Shown piece after piece: positions 38,501-51,600 of a stretch of DNA of 64,000 bases. The notes under the pieces were generated by a model. The model was not told where the DNA came from. It ran no database searches and saw only the letters and a program-made list of their open reading frames with translations. Position numbers and translations under genes: made by a program. This DNA comes from Octopus sinensis (lineage: Eukaryota): positions 28,644,001 through 28,708,000 of the forward strand of contig NC_043018.1 in the NCBI RefSeq assembly GCF_006345805.1, written 5' to 3'. Numbering within the stretch: the stretch's first letter is position 1; every line of letters begins with the position of its first letter.

Positions 38501-41351
38501 TGGTCCAGAAAGAAGAAAGTACTTTATTGGCATTTCCCATTACCATATAGTGTATAGCACAAACATGTTATGTAATCATGTAGTGTAAACATGTTGTGTA
38601 AACATTCAAACATCATGACTCAATGACGCAGTTGATCTACTGATTTTTTTTGACTAACCTATTAAAATGAAAACTTTTTCACTTAGTTATTTTTATATTT
38701 TCATTTCAGCCCTGCGAATATTGCGGGTGTCAAAAGTACATTCTGTGAGTACTTATTTTCTTCATTCCTTTTCTTTTTCCTTCATTCTCTCTACCCTTAC
38801 CTTTCCTCCTCCTCACATTTAATATTTCTTTCTGCCTGTCTATCTGTCTCTCTTTCTCTCTCCCCTATAACTCTTTACTCTCACCCCTGCCTCCTATGAG
38901 TCCATCATTTGCCAAAATTGAATCAATGTCAGATTGCTAACTTCATCAATAGAACCCTTCTTTACCGATTCAAGTATATTTTGCGTTCGGGCTGCAATAT
39001 TTTAAATCTTAGAACTAAAATGTGTTCCTATAATGTGCAAGAGATCTGCAGACATACAGGTTACCATATCCTCAAACACTTTGCTTCTTATTCTTTATCC
39101 CCTTTTTATCATGAATTTAAAATATGGTTAATCATACACATCACACCTGAACCCTTGGCAATCGGATTTCTCTGTCAAACGTAATGTTTATTTATTCCTG
39201 CTGTTTTGAATTGATCCTGCATTATCTCATAGTTTTAGCGTTTTGATGATGCGGTTCTCTATTTTCAGAATGACATTGTAGGGTAAGTGTGAGAGAACAG
39301 ATCTGATTGGGTCAAACATAAAGCAGGTAGAATATTTGGGAGTAGATGTTGACAGTTTAAATGCCAAATGGTTAAGACACTTTTTTCTGTCTTAAGTTTA
39401 AATACCAGAGACAGATTCTCTTACTCCCTCCCTCCATCTATACCTGTTTGCCAGTTTCCCCACCCCCATTCCTCTTTGTTTATCTTTTTCTCTCTCTCTC
39501 TTTTTCTTTCTCCACTTTCTTTGGATAGAATCCTAAAAGAAATGTGATTTTTGTCTAGGACACTTTTACCAATCTGGCTCTTAACCCTTTTTCTGCTGAG
39601 ATGCTTTGAGTTTCTTTCAATTAATTTTAAATATAACAAAGAATTTAGTAAAATAACTTAGTTATCATTCAGCTAGTGTTAGGAACATAAATTGTGACTA
39701 AGGTTTGGTGGAAGATTTTAATTCAGAACTTTTGAAATCAAGACATTTGTACTCAGAGCCAGGGGCAGTTTCAGGCAGGTTGGTATCAAAAGGGTTAAGA
39801 ATTGTTTCTCTGTTATATATTTTAACCCTTTTGTTACCATATTTTAATTCAGAACTTTTGAAAACAAGACATTTGTACTACAGAGCCTGAGGTGGTTTTA
39901 TCCGGGTTGGTAACGAAAGGGTTAATGTTTTACCGTTTCTATTGCAGTGAGGGCATTTCAATTGTTCAAGAATAAGGATATGCTACTGCTTCTCTTACCA
40001 TTTGTGTACACAGGTAAGGACATATTTTTGATTCAGTTATTCATTATCTTTCCCTCTCACTGTTTTTCTAATAAATACTAACTCTTTATCTAAAACACAC
40101 AATCACACACTCACTTATATAACCTCTGTGGAGGCGCGTGGCTTAGTGGTTAAGGTGTTGAACTCATGATCGTAAGGTTGTGGTTTCGATTCCTGGACTG
40201 GGCGATGTGTTGTGTTCTTGAGCAAAAGATTTCATTTTCACGTTGCTCCAGTCCACTCAGCTGGCAAAAATGAGTAATCCTGCGACGGACCGGCGTCCCG
40301 TCCAGGTGGGGGATTTCTATGTCACTGAAACCAGGGAACCGGCCCTTATGAGCCTGGCATGGCTTGAGAAGGATTTTTATATAACCTCCCTCACACACAC
40401 ACACACACATACACTCTCACTCTCTCTCCCTAACACATTGCCTCACTATTTGTTTGTCTGTGCCTTTAAAAAGAAATCATGTTCCTTTAAAAAGAAATCA
40501 TGCTTGGGTAAGGTATAGAATGCAACCCCCAATATCAGCAGTGAGGCCTGGCAGCATATGCTGGTTTACCCTCGCTGCATCATGCTGGTTCCGTACCCCT
40601 TTCAGCAACATCAAATTCTCTCATCTGTCCTCCACAAACACTCTCCATGGTTTCCTATCATTCATAAACTCTCTTGCCTCTCTCACTCCAACACCTCTAA
40701 CCACAAAAGCTTTCCTCACTCCATCCATCCACGCAAACCGAGGTCTTCCTCTGGTTCTGCTGCCTACCACTTCTGCCTTCATCCCCCTTCTTACCATCCA
40801 CTCCTCCTCCATCCTCTCCATGTGGCTAAATCACCTCAACATTCATCTCTTTACACTTTTACTTGTTTCAGTCATTTGACTGTGGCCATGCTGGAGCACT
40901 GCCTTTAGTCAAGCAAATCGACCCCGAGACTTATTCTTTGTAAGCCCAGTACTTATTCTATCAGTCACTTTTGCCGAACCGCTAAGTGACAGGGACGTAA
41001 ACACACCAGCATCGGTTGTCAAGCAATGCTAGGGGGACAAACACACACACACATATATTTATATATATATATATATACATATATATGACAGGCTTCTTTC
41101 AGTTTCTGTTTACCAAATCCACTCACAAGGCATTGGTCGGCCCGGGGCTATAGCAGAAGACATTTGCCCAAGATGCCACGCAGTGGGACTGAACCCGGAA
41201 CCATGTGGTTGGTTAGCAAGCTACTTACCACACAGCCACTCCTGCGCCTATTTTGGTTTTTAGTTTTTCTCTCATTCCTGCGAAAGGCTTGGTATCCTCT
41301 CCACCTAATTATTTCATATTCCTAAAAAGACAACAACAACAAGAAAACCTT

Positions 41352-41382
<31 letters not shown>

Positions 41383-44279
41383 AATTATTGTATACAGTGC
41401 TCAGGTGCACCACAGCTTGTCAGAAAGTGCATATAAAGTACATGCAGTAATGTACAAATTTCTGGAAAACAAACAATGTATGAGTCAGATACATGCTTGT
41501 GTGTGTATGGAGGGGAGAAAATCAGGTGTAGTGTTGGTGAATCTCAGGAAGCATGGAAGTTTTGAAGGATGCAGTGCTCCGACAACTAACAACTGATGCC
41601 GGCAGTTTGTTCCATGCTTCAGCAACTCTCAGCGTGAAAAAATGTTTCCTAACATTCCTAATTAAAGTCCTCACAATGAATCTATTGTTTTCTATTTCAA
41701 ATTGCTTCTTATGATGTGAAATAACCTTTATTTATATTCTATTTCAGGGAACTAAAATACCTAGCTCTTAATTTCCCTTTTTTTTTTTTCTTTTTTTTTT
41801 CCTAATTCAGGAATCGAACTGACATTTTTCTCTGGTATATACGGCACATGTCTTGCTAATAACAAACACTTTGGGGATAAGGCTAAAGGATTGATTGGAA
41901 TATCAGGAATGGTTATTGGCCTTGGTGAAATCCTCGGTAGGTTGTATTTTATTACCTCTGCCTTAGCGAAGGCGGAGATATTGTTTTCAGTTGTGTTTGT
42001 TTGTTCGCGGACAAGATATCTCAAGAACCGCCTGATGAATTTGGATGAAACTTTAACCCTTTAATGTTTAAATGGCCAAATCCGGCCCAATATATTCTAC
42101 ATATTTTATATTCAAACTGTCCAGATCCAGCCTCTCACACCTAACCTACATTGACAGTCTAAAAGTAAACAATCACATCATTGAAACCTCAAAGCTATAA
42201 GATAATGCATGATTAATTCAAAACAATTCAAATAAAAAAGCATTACGTTTAACAGAGTAATCTGAACACTAAAGGGTTAAGGCATGTTTGGCCTCATGAC
42301 CAGCATGAACTAATTAGATTTTGGGATCAATCTGGTACCAGACATTTTTTCGGGAATATTTTTCCATTTTTTTTTTACTTAATTTCTGAGAGCGGTCAGG
42401 TTCATTTTTAGTTTTCTCATTTCTGAGAGCAGTTGAGTTTATTTCAGATATTCTCAATTTAAAAATCATCACCAGCTAATCATTGAGAGGACGTTGGTGT
42501 TGCCTTGGCAGAGGTTTGCACTGTCTGAGTGCTCTTGTTGTTATTATTAAGGCACAGAAGTGGCTGTGTGGTAAGTAGCTTGTTTACCAACCATATGGTT
42601 CCAGGTTCAGTCCCACTGCGTGGCACCTTGGGCAAATGTCTTCTACTATAGCTTCGGGCCGACCAAAGCCTTGTGAGTGGATTTGGTAGACGGAAACTGA
42701 AAGAAACCCGTCGTATATATGTATATATATGTATATGTGTGCGTGCGGGTATGTTTGTATGTCTGTGTTTGTCCCCCCAACATCGCTTGACAACCGATAC
42801 TGGTGTGTTTATGTCCCCGTCACTTAGCGGTTCGGCAAAATAGACCGATAGAATAAGTACTGGGCTTACAAAGAATAAGTCCTGGGGTCGAGTTGCTCGA
42901 TTAAAGGTGGTGCTCCAGCATGGCTGCAGTCAAATGACTGAAACAAGTAAAAAGTAAAAGAAAAAAAGAGTAAAGCTGTCAGAACCGTTAGCATGCTGGA
43001 TAAAATGCTTAGCGGTATTTCATCTGTCTTTATGTTCTCAGTTCAAATTCTGCTGAGGTTGACTTTGCTTTTCATCTTTTCAAGTTCGATAAAACAAGTA
43101 CCTGTGAAACACTGGGGTCGATATAATCGACTAGTCCCTACCCCTACAAATTTGAGGCCTTGTGCCGCCAGCAGAAAGGATTATTATAATTATATTAATA
43201 ATAATTATTATTATTAAAATCAAAATTGAAATCGAGAAACATCAATGGAAATTGTGGCTGTGATAACAGTGCCGGTGGCACGTAAAATGTACCATCCGAT
43301 TGTGGCCGTTGCCAGCCTTGTTTGGCCCCCATTCCAGTGGCACATAAAAAGCACCATCCAATCATGGCCGTTTGCCAGCCTGGTCTGGCACGTAAAAAGC
43401 ACCCACTACACTCACGGAGTGGTTGGTGTTAGGAAGGGCATCCAGCCATAGAAACACTGCCAGATCAGACAGGGCCTGGCGCAGCCTTCTGGCTTCCAAG
43501 ACCCCAGTTGAATCGTCCAACCCATACTAGCAAGGAAAATAGACGTTAAACGATGATGATGATGATTAAGGTGGCAAGCTGACAAAATCATTAGTGCACT
43601 GGATGAAATGCTGAGCAGTATTTTGCCTGTTGCTACATTTGGCCGAGGTTGACTTTGCCTTTCATGTGTTCGGGGTCAATGAAATAAAGTACGAGTTGAG
43701 GACTGGGGCCAATGTAATTGACTTACCCCCACCCCTGAAATTTTGGGCCTTGTGCTAAAGTTTGAAACCATTATTATTATTTTAACTCTGGTTTTGTTGG
43801 AACTCCTATTTACACAATGGGCTTCTTTCAGATTCCGCCTACCAAATCCTATTACAAGGCTTTGGTCAGCCTGAGGCTATAGCAGAAGACATTTGTCTTA
43901 GGTGCCATGCAGCGGGACTGAACCCGTAACCATATGGTTGGGAAGCAAACTTCTTACCACACAGCCATGCCTGTGACTGTGTTTTAAGTGAGTTGAATAA
44001 TATTTGAGGAAGACATGAGTATAATTTCTTGTGGTTCATCTGACCATATGGAAGCTTTCTCATTGTTATAGGTGACCGATGTAGACTAGGAGGTGTTGTG
44101 CAGCAATGCCCGGAGAATGGTAGCCGAGGTCGACGTTGCTTTTCATCCTTTCGGGGTCGATTAAATAAGTACCAGTTACGCACTGGGGTCGATATAATCG
44201 ACTTAATAACTATGTCTGTCCTTGTTTGTTCCTTCTGTGTTTAGCCCCTTGTGGTTAATAAAGAAATAGGTAGTAAAGA

Positions 44280-44310
<31 letters not shown>

Positions 44311-45596
44311 TCATCTGTGTATGATGTTGTTTATATGTTTTGTGGAGGTATGCAAAGGCAGTGTTGGTATAGATGGGAAAATGAATGGATGGAAGAAGAA
44401 ATTCTTAGGAAATCTATTACTGAAGTCTTTTATTCTGGTTTCCATATTTTTTTGAAAGTTTAGTTCTACCGCGTGTGTACCGTTGGCGATTGTTTCCCTC
44501 TGTCTTCCCTTCTCTGGATCTTTCCTTCTCCTATGTTTCCGATGAAGAGCTCCGCTCGAAATGTTAAACCCTCCTTCTTCCCTTCTTTCCTGAGCGTCCA
44601 ATAATACTATATTTGTTCCACGTCCTCGCGTTGTTGTGTTTTTTTGTGCTTTCTTGCTTGGATTAACTTTATATGTATACATTCACAGGTGGTGGTATTT
44701 TTGGTATTTTCGGAAAATGGACTCAGCGTTATGGCAAAGACCCTTTCATATTGTTGGGATATGTGGTTCATGTAACAGCATGTTTCCTTGCTTTTATAAA
44801 TTTACCACATGACTCTGCACAAGTAGAATCGGATTATCCTACATATTTTCCATCAAGGTGAGAGCAATTTTCTGAAATTATTTCCAAAAAAAAAAAATAT
44901 ATATATATATATGTATATATATATGTATATATTTTCTCATGTTTTTTTATTAATTATCTAATAGGCGTAGGAGTGGCTGTGTGGATTGGTAGCATGCTTA
45001 CCAACCACATGGTTCCGGGTTCAGTCCCACTGCGTGGCACCTTGGGCAAGTGTTTTCTACTATAGCCTCTGGCCGATCAAAGCCTTGTAAGTGGATTTGG
45101 TAGACAGAAACTGAAAGAAGCCCTGGCACATAAAATACACCAATCTGACCGTGGCCGTTGCCAGCCCCGCCTGGCACCTGTGCAGGTGGCACGTAAAAAG
45201 CACCCACTACACTCACGGAGTGGTTGGCGTTAGGAAGGGCATCCAGCTGTAGAAACATTGCCAAATTAGACTGGAGCCTGGTGCAGCCTTCTGGCTTCCC
45301 AGAACCCCGGTCGAACCGTCCAACCCATGCTAGCATGGAGAACGGACGTTAAACGACGATGATGATACGATGGGCTTCTTTCACATTCATAATGTGTGTA
45401 CCGTTGGTGATTTTTTTTCCTCCGTCTTCCCTTCTTTGGATCTTTCCTTTTCCTATGTTTCTGACGAAGAGCTTCGCTCGAAACGTTAAATCCTTCTTTC
45501 CTTCCTTCCTGAGCGTCCAATAATACTATATTTGTTCCATGTCCTCGCGTTGTTGTGTTTTCTCTTTGTGTTTTCATGTTTAGATTGACTTTATAC

Positions 45597-45652
<56 letters not shown>

Positions 45653-48600
45653 GTGTGTCTGTCCCTCCAACATTGCTTGACAACCGATGCTGGTGTGTTT
45701 ACATCTCTGTAACTTAGCGGTTTGGCAAAATGAGACTGATGGAATACGTACTAAGCTTACAAAGAATAAGTCCTAGGGTCAATTTGCTCGACTAAATGTG
45801 GTGCTCCAGCATGGCCACAGTCAAATGACTGAAACAAGTAAAAGAGTGAAAAAGAGTAATAACCTTTTATTGTGAAATATGTCAGCATAGCTTTTTTTTT
45901 TTTTAAGTTACTGCTCAGAGCTGCGGACATGCTGATGCACCGCTGATGCACTGCTTTGTAGATGGGAAGTATTTGTCTATGAGAAATTCTGTACACTATT
46001 GTTAATGTTTTCATTATTGATTCATATTTGAAGGTGGCAAGCTGGCACAATCATTAGCATACTTAGCGTTATTTTGCCCATCGCTCTGTTCTGAGTTCAA
46101 ATTCTGCCGAAGTCATCTTTGCCTTTCATCCTTCCTTGTGGGGTCAATAAATTAAATACCAGTTGAGTACTGGGGTCAGTGTAATCGACTAGTCCCCTTC
46201 CATCAAATTGCTGCCCTTGTGGCAAAATACGAAACCATCATTGATTCATATTTTAAGGCAGTGAACTGCTAGAATCTTTAAAAGGCCCGACCAAATGCTA
46301 AGTAGCCTTTTGTCCGGGTTCACTTTCTATGTTCAACTTCCAGCTTGGGTCAACTTTGCCTTTAAAATAAGAACCAATGCCACTTAGAAGTATTTCTTCC
46401 AAATTTTTGTTCGGAGTTCAAATGTTCCTCCTCTCCTCAATTTTCTGGCTTTGATCCAAAATTTGAATCAATCAATAAATCATCGTCATCATCATTATTT
46501 AAGAATACTACCTCCAGTGGCTATAGCAAAAGAAGGTAGTATTGGGGTCTCATTTGAAAGGGCTAAAATTGGACACTTTCCTCTTTGGCCAAACCCTCAA
46601 CATTTTCAAGTTTAACTTGAAAAGGAAAGTGAGGGTAGAGAGGGAAGTGTTGTCTTCTAGCAAATTTGTAGAAAGGTGGGCGGATGTTGGAAAACTGGCC
46701 AGTGTGAAAGGACCAATTCTGAGAATATACCTGTAAAAATAAAAGAAGGGCTCTTGCCCTGTTGATCAGATACCCATGGCTTTTGTGGGTTTTTCCATGA
46801 GTAGCCTTTAAAGCTCCCCTTCCCCACTGGGAGTTTTACTGGTTACCTTTTTATTGTTATTTAATGTTTACGTGAATGTGAAAACCCTTTGTTTCATCTT
46901 GTGTTGTATTTTATGTATAGTTTATATTTGCCCTTGTGGCGAATAAAAGAATAAATTATCATTGTTTAAGGAGGTGAGTTGGCAGAAGTGTTAGCACACT
47001 GGGCAAATGCTCGGCAGCATTTCGTCCATCTTCGCATTCTGAGTTCAAATTTCACTGAGGTCATCTTTGCCTTTCGTCCTTGATAAAATAAACCCCAGTT
47101 GATCACTGGGGTCGATGTAATTGACTTACTCCCTTCCATGAAATTGCTGGTCTTGTGCTAAAATTTGAAACCGTGCTGTGATTGTTTCACTTGTAGAATC
47201 ATAGACTTCCCTAAACCATTTCCTAATCTCCACTGACATGAACAAAACCTAATCAGCCATTTCCTATCATCTTGTAACTTAGTGGTTCTGTGATAGACAA
47301 GTAGAACAAGAATAAGATTTAGAAATAAATACTGGTGTTGATTTGTTCAGCTAAATCCCTCAAACTGGTGCCCCAGTTTGGTTACAGTCCAATGACTGAA
47401 ACATGTCAAACATAAAAGATGAGGTAAGCTCCTCTAAAGATGAATGTATATACAGCCAACATGTGGTAACATCTGAGTATGTATGTGTGTACCTAACCAT
47501 GTAGTGGTTATTATTATTATTATTATTATTACTGAGGTCGACTTTGCCTTTCATCCTTTTAGGTGTTGATAAAACAAGTACCAGTTGACCACTGGTACTT
47601 GATATAATTGACCTACACCCTGCCATGAAATTGCTAGCCTTGTGCCAATAGTCGAAACCAATATATGTCTTTTGTGCTGTGATTATTTCACTTGTAGAAT
47701 CATAGTCTTCCCTAAACCGTTTCCCAATCGCCACTGACATGAACAAAACCTAATCAACCATTTCCTATCATCTGGTGCATTGCCCCAACCATTGACTAAT
47801 TGTGCTCTATATCATGTTTCATCTCTAATATTGTTGTTATTGCTGTTGTTATCTCTCTCTTTCAGTATTGCTGTAGCGTTAGTCTGTAGCTTTTTACTTG
47901 GATTTGGTGATAGCATTTTTAATACTCAGGTAAGAACATTCTTTCAGTCATATTTATAAAAAGTGGGGAGCCTTTATTAACATGTTGTTGTTGTTGTCTA
48001 GTCCAAGATAATTCCTTATACAGCAGACCTTTGAGGCATTCCAGACACGAACATCCTGTTTTTCATTTAGACATGTATCTGAGACTACATTGATCATTTT
48101 CAATAGTGTATAATTTAAACAGGATCTCATATGAGGTTGTCCAGAAAAAAGTCACTGTACAAAAAAGTAATATGAAAAATGGCCCCCCTTTTTTTTCCTA
48201 ATATTATAAGCAATTAAAGTAATAGAACAAAAGATATTTTAAATCAGTTAGGCATACGAGTAGCTGTGTGGTAAGTAGCTTGCGTACGAACCACATGGTT
48301 CTGAGTTCAGTCCCACCGCGTGGCACCTTGGGCAAGTGTCTTCTACTGTAGCTTCGGGCCGACCAAAGCCTTGTGAGTGGATTTGGTAAACGGAAACTAA
48401 AAGAAGCCTGTCGTATATATGTGTGTGTGTCTGTTTGTCCCACCTCCAAATTCGTTTTACAATCGAAACTGGTGGGTTTATGTCCCTGTAACTTAGCGGT
48501 TCAGCAAAAGAGACCGATAGAATAAGTACTAGGCTTACAAAGAATAAGTCCTGGGATCAGTTTGCTCGACTAAAGTCGGTGCTCCAGCACGGCCACAGTC

Positions 48601-51600
48601 AAATGACTGAAATGAGTAAAAGAGTAACGGACAGTACATGACTTATATGCAATTTCTATGTGATGGTATAACATATATACTCTTTACTCTTTTACTTGTT
48701 TCAGTCATTTGACTGCGGCCATGCTGGAGCACCGCCTTTTTTAGTCGAGCAAATCAACCCCGGGACTTATTCTTTGTAAGCCTAGTACTTATTCTATTGG
48801 TCTCTTTTGCTGAACCGCTAAGTAATGGGGATGTAAACATACCAGCATCTGTTGTCAAGCAATGTTAGGGGGACAAACACAGACACACAAACACACACAC
48901 TCACATATATATATATATACACGACAGGCTTCTTTCAGTTTCCATCTACCAAATCCACTCACAAGGCTTTGGTCGGCCCGAGGCTATTGTAGAAACACTT
49001 GTCCAAGGTGCCACGCAGTGGGACTGAACCCGGAACCGTGTGGTTGGTAAGCTAGCTACTTACCACACAGCCACTCCTGTGAAAGAAACAAAAACTTTTA
49101 TTGAATTTTCTTAAGCAAAGTAAGACAACGAAAACAAAAGAATTAAGTCGGTCATTTATTGACAAAAACATGATATATCCAAACTGAAAACATCTTACAT
49201 CGTCCTTCTCCTCATCATTTAATGTCTGCCTTTCATGTTGGTATGGGTTGGATGGTTTGACAGAAGCTGGCCAGATATGAGCCCTGCACCAGCCTTCAGT
49301 GTCTGCTTTGGCATTGTGTTTACAGCTGAATGCCCTTCCAAATGCCAACCGCTTCAGAGGGTAGAGTGGATGCTTTTTACATGGCACCAGCAGGGTTACC
49401 AAGCAAGGCAAGGAATTTTTGAGAGGAGAGGGACCATGGAGAAAGTGATCTTGTGTCAAATGATGAAAGATTTGAGTGTAACAGAGAGACAGGATCAGAA
49501 ATATAGTCACCAGTATTAAAAACACTATATGCACGTGTGGAAGTACAATAGACCTATGGTTAGGGCAGCGGACTCGCAGTCATACGATCGCGTTTTCGAT
49601 TCCCAGACCGGGCGTTGTGAGTGTTTATTAACCGAAAATACCTAAAGCTCCACGAGGCTCCGGTACGGGATGGTGGCGATCCCTGCTGTACTCTTTTGCT
49701 GCAACTTTCTCTCACTCTTTCTTCTGTTGGCCTGCTTGCTTAGCCAGCGGGGTGGCGTCATTTGAAGGCTAAAACAATGCAAAGCGCATTGTGACCAGCG
49801 ATGTGTAGCAACATCTGATAGCCTGGTCGTTCACGGTGATCACGGTGATATTAACGTATTGCCACGGTACTAAGACGAATATTCCAGCCAACACCACCAA
49901 GAAACTCTGCCACTGCCTTACAGTTCTCCCATTGAGCAAGGAATAAGTTAGAAAGCTGCAGATAGCATCAACCAAATTTTCTTTGAGGTAGGTTACTAAC
50001 AACATTCTGCTGGATTATTTTGATCACTGTCACTCACTGACTTTTTTTTTCTGCGACGTTTGGCTGTTCTTTCTAGCACGCCAGATAACCACTTAGAGCT
50101 GGCTCTGTATTACTACGCAGAGATCACCTTCGATTCTGCTATTATGCCTGTGCGAAGGTCACATCTATTTCTTTAACTCCAGCAGATATATGATTCTTAT
50201 CTTTCTCCAGCAAAAGATTTAATCGAATGGAAAGTAAAGAGAAAAAGAAAAGTAAAACATAGGTGTAAGGGAAATAACTCTTACTAAGTTCAGGGGAGAT
50301 AAGTATTGAATATACCTCGGTTTGGCGGAATAATTACAGTGTCGAACGGACACCTTACAGCATTTGGTTACGATCCTTTACGCTCCGAGCTCAAATCTCT
50401 TCAAGGTTGATTTTTGACATTTATTCTTCCATGCTCAGTAAAAAAAAAAGGATCTTTTCGGTTTGAACGGCAGTTTTTTAAAATAATTTCTACGTAACTA
50501 AACACTTTTAAACTTTGTATACTGGTAGAATGTATTTATAAAACATTCTTTTTCTCTTGGCTTTATTGAGAAAATAGTTTGTAAGATATTTGTTGTTTTT
50601 TTTTTTCTTCAATTTCTGCAATTTCAACGAATCAATGACATCTATTGAGGTAAAAAAAACATTCTGTGCCGTATGAATATATCCCTCGTTTAAGAAACAG
50701 ATTGGGTTTATTTACATTTGTGAAGCAAAAAAGATACCCTTCACCCCACCCCTAACCCTAAAACAGATTGAAATGCAATAGACCGATACTAGGGTCATAA
50801 TTATGGGTGACAATTTCATATGACACCGCTAGAAAAAACTGCCGTTCAAACAGAAAAGATAAAAAATAATTAAAAAGAACCAGTCATGTCCTGGATTCAT
50901 ATCGATTCTTTCCTTTCCAATTTTTTTTTTTGCTATGTAAGAAATCATCATTTGTTTGAACAATTTTTGCAACCTCAATTTGCCTAGGGATGCCATTGAT
51001 GCGAAACAATAGTTAAGTACTATTGCTCATTACTTTTATATATGCAAGCACTTTCTCAACGTTTACTCCTTCCCTGGATCATTATAAAAAAAGTGGGGGA
51101 TTCAAAGACAGGAGACTTCTAATATAGATATTGTTTTTTTAGCTCCAGAAGTGAGATTATTTGCTATTTCTACCTATTCCAGTGTCCACAGAGAGGCTCT
51201 CTCGTTGTTCTGTGTTAGTCAGCCTTGTTTCATATGTTCTTGGTAATATGAAGCTTTCATGTCCATAAGTTCCAAGGTACTCTGGTGATTGGAAAAATTA
51301 GGAATGTATATCATATGAGACATTTGACGATATGCTGTGCTTGAGAAGACGTGTCAAGCCAAGTGACACCTTAGCTGTGGCTGTTGTCAGTGTCACATAA
51401 ATGGCACCTGTGTCGGTGATTTGTAAAAAGCACATTTCAAGTGTTGGGCCTCCACAGAGGCATTGTGGCCAATGCTGGTGTTGCGTCACTGGTACACTTG
51501 CTGGTGGCACATTAAAAGCACTTTTTGAGCGCTGGGCCACATGGAAGTAATGACAAATGACCAAGACCTTTAGCAATATGCTGTGCTTGTGTAGAAGACC

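Noticed and set aside
42027-42056. CTGATGA..GAAAC hammerhead-like string
   Set aside because: No stem I or stem II pairing
46540-46900. Possible L1/Tx1-like 3' fragment
   Set aside because: No diagnostic motif recognisable without a library search
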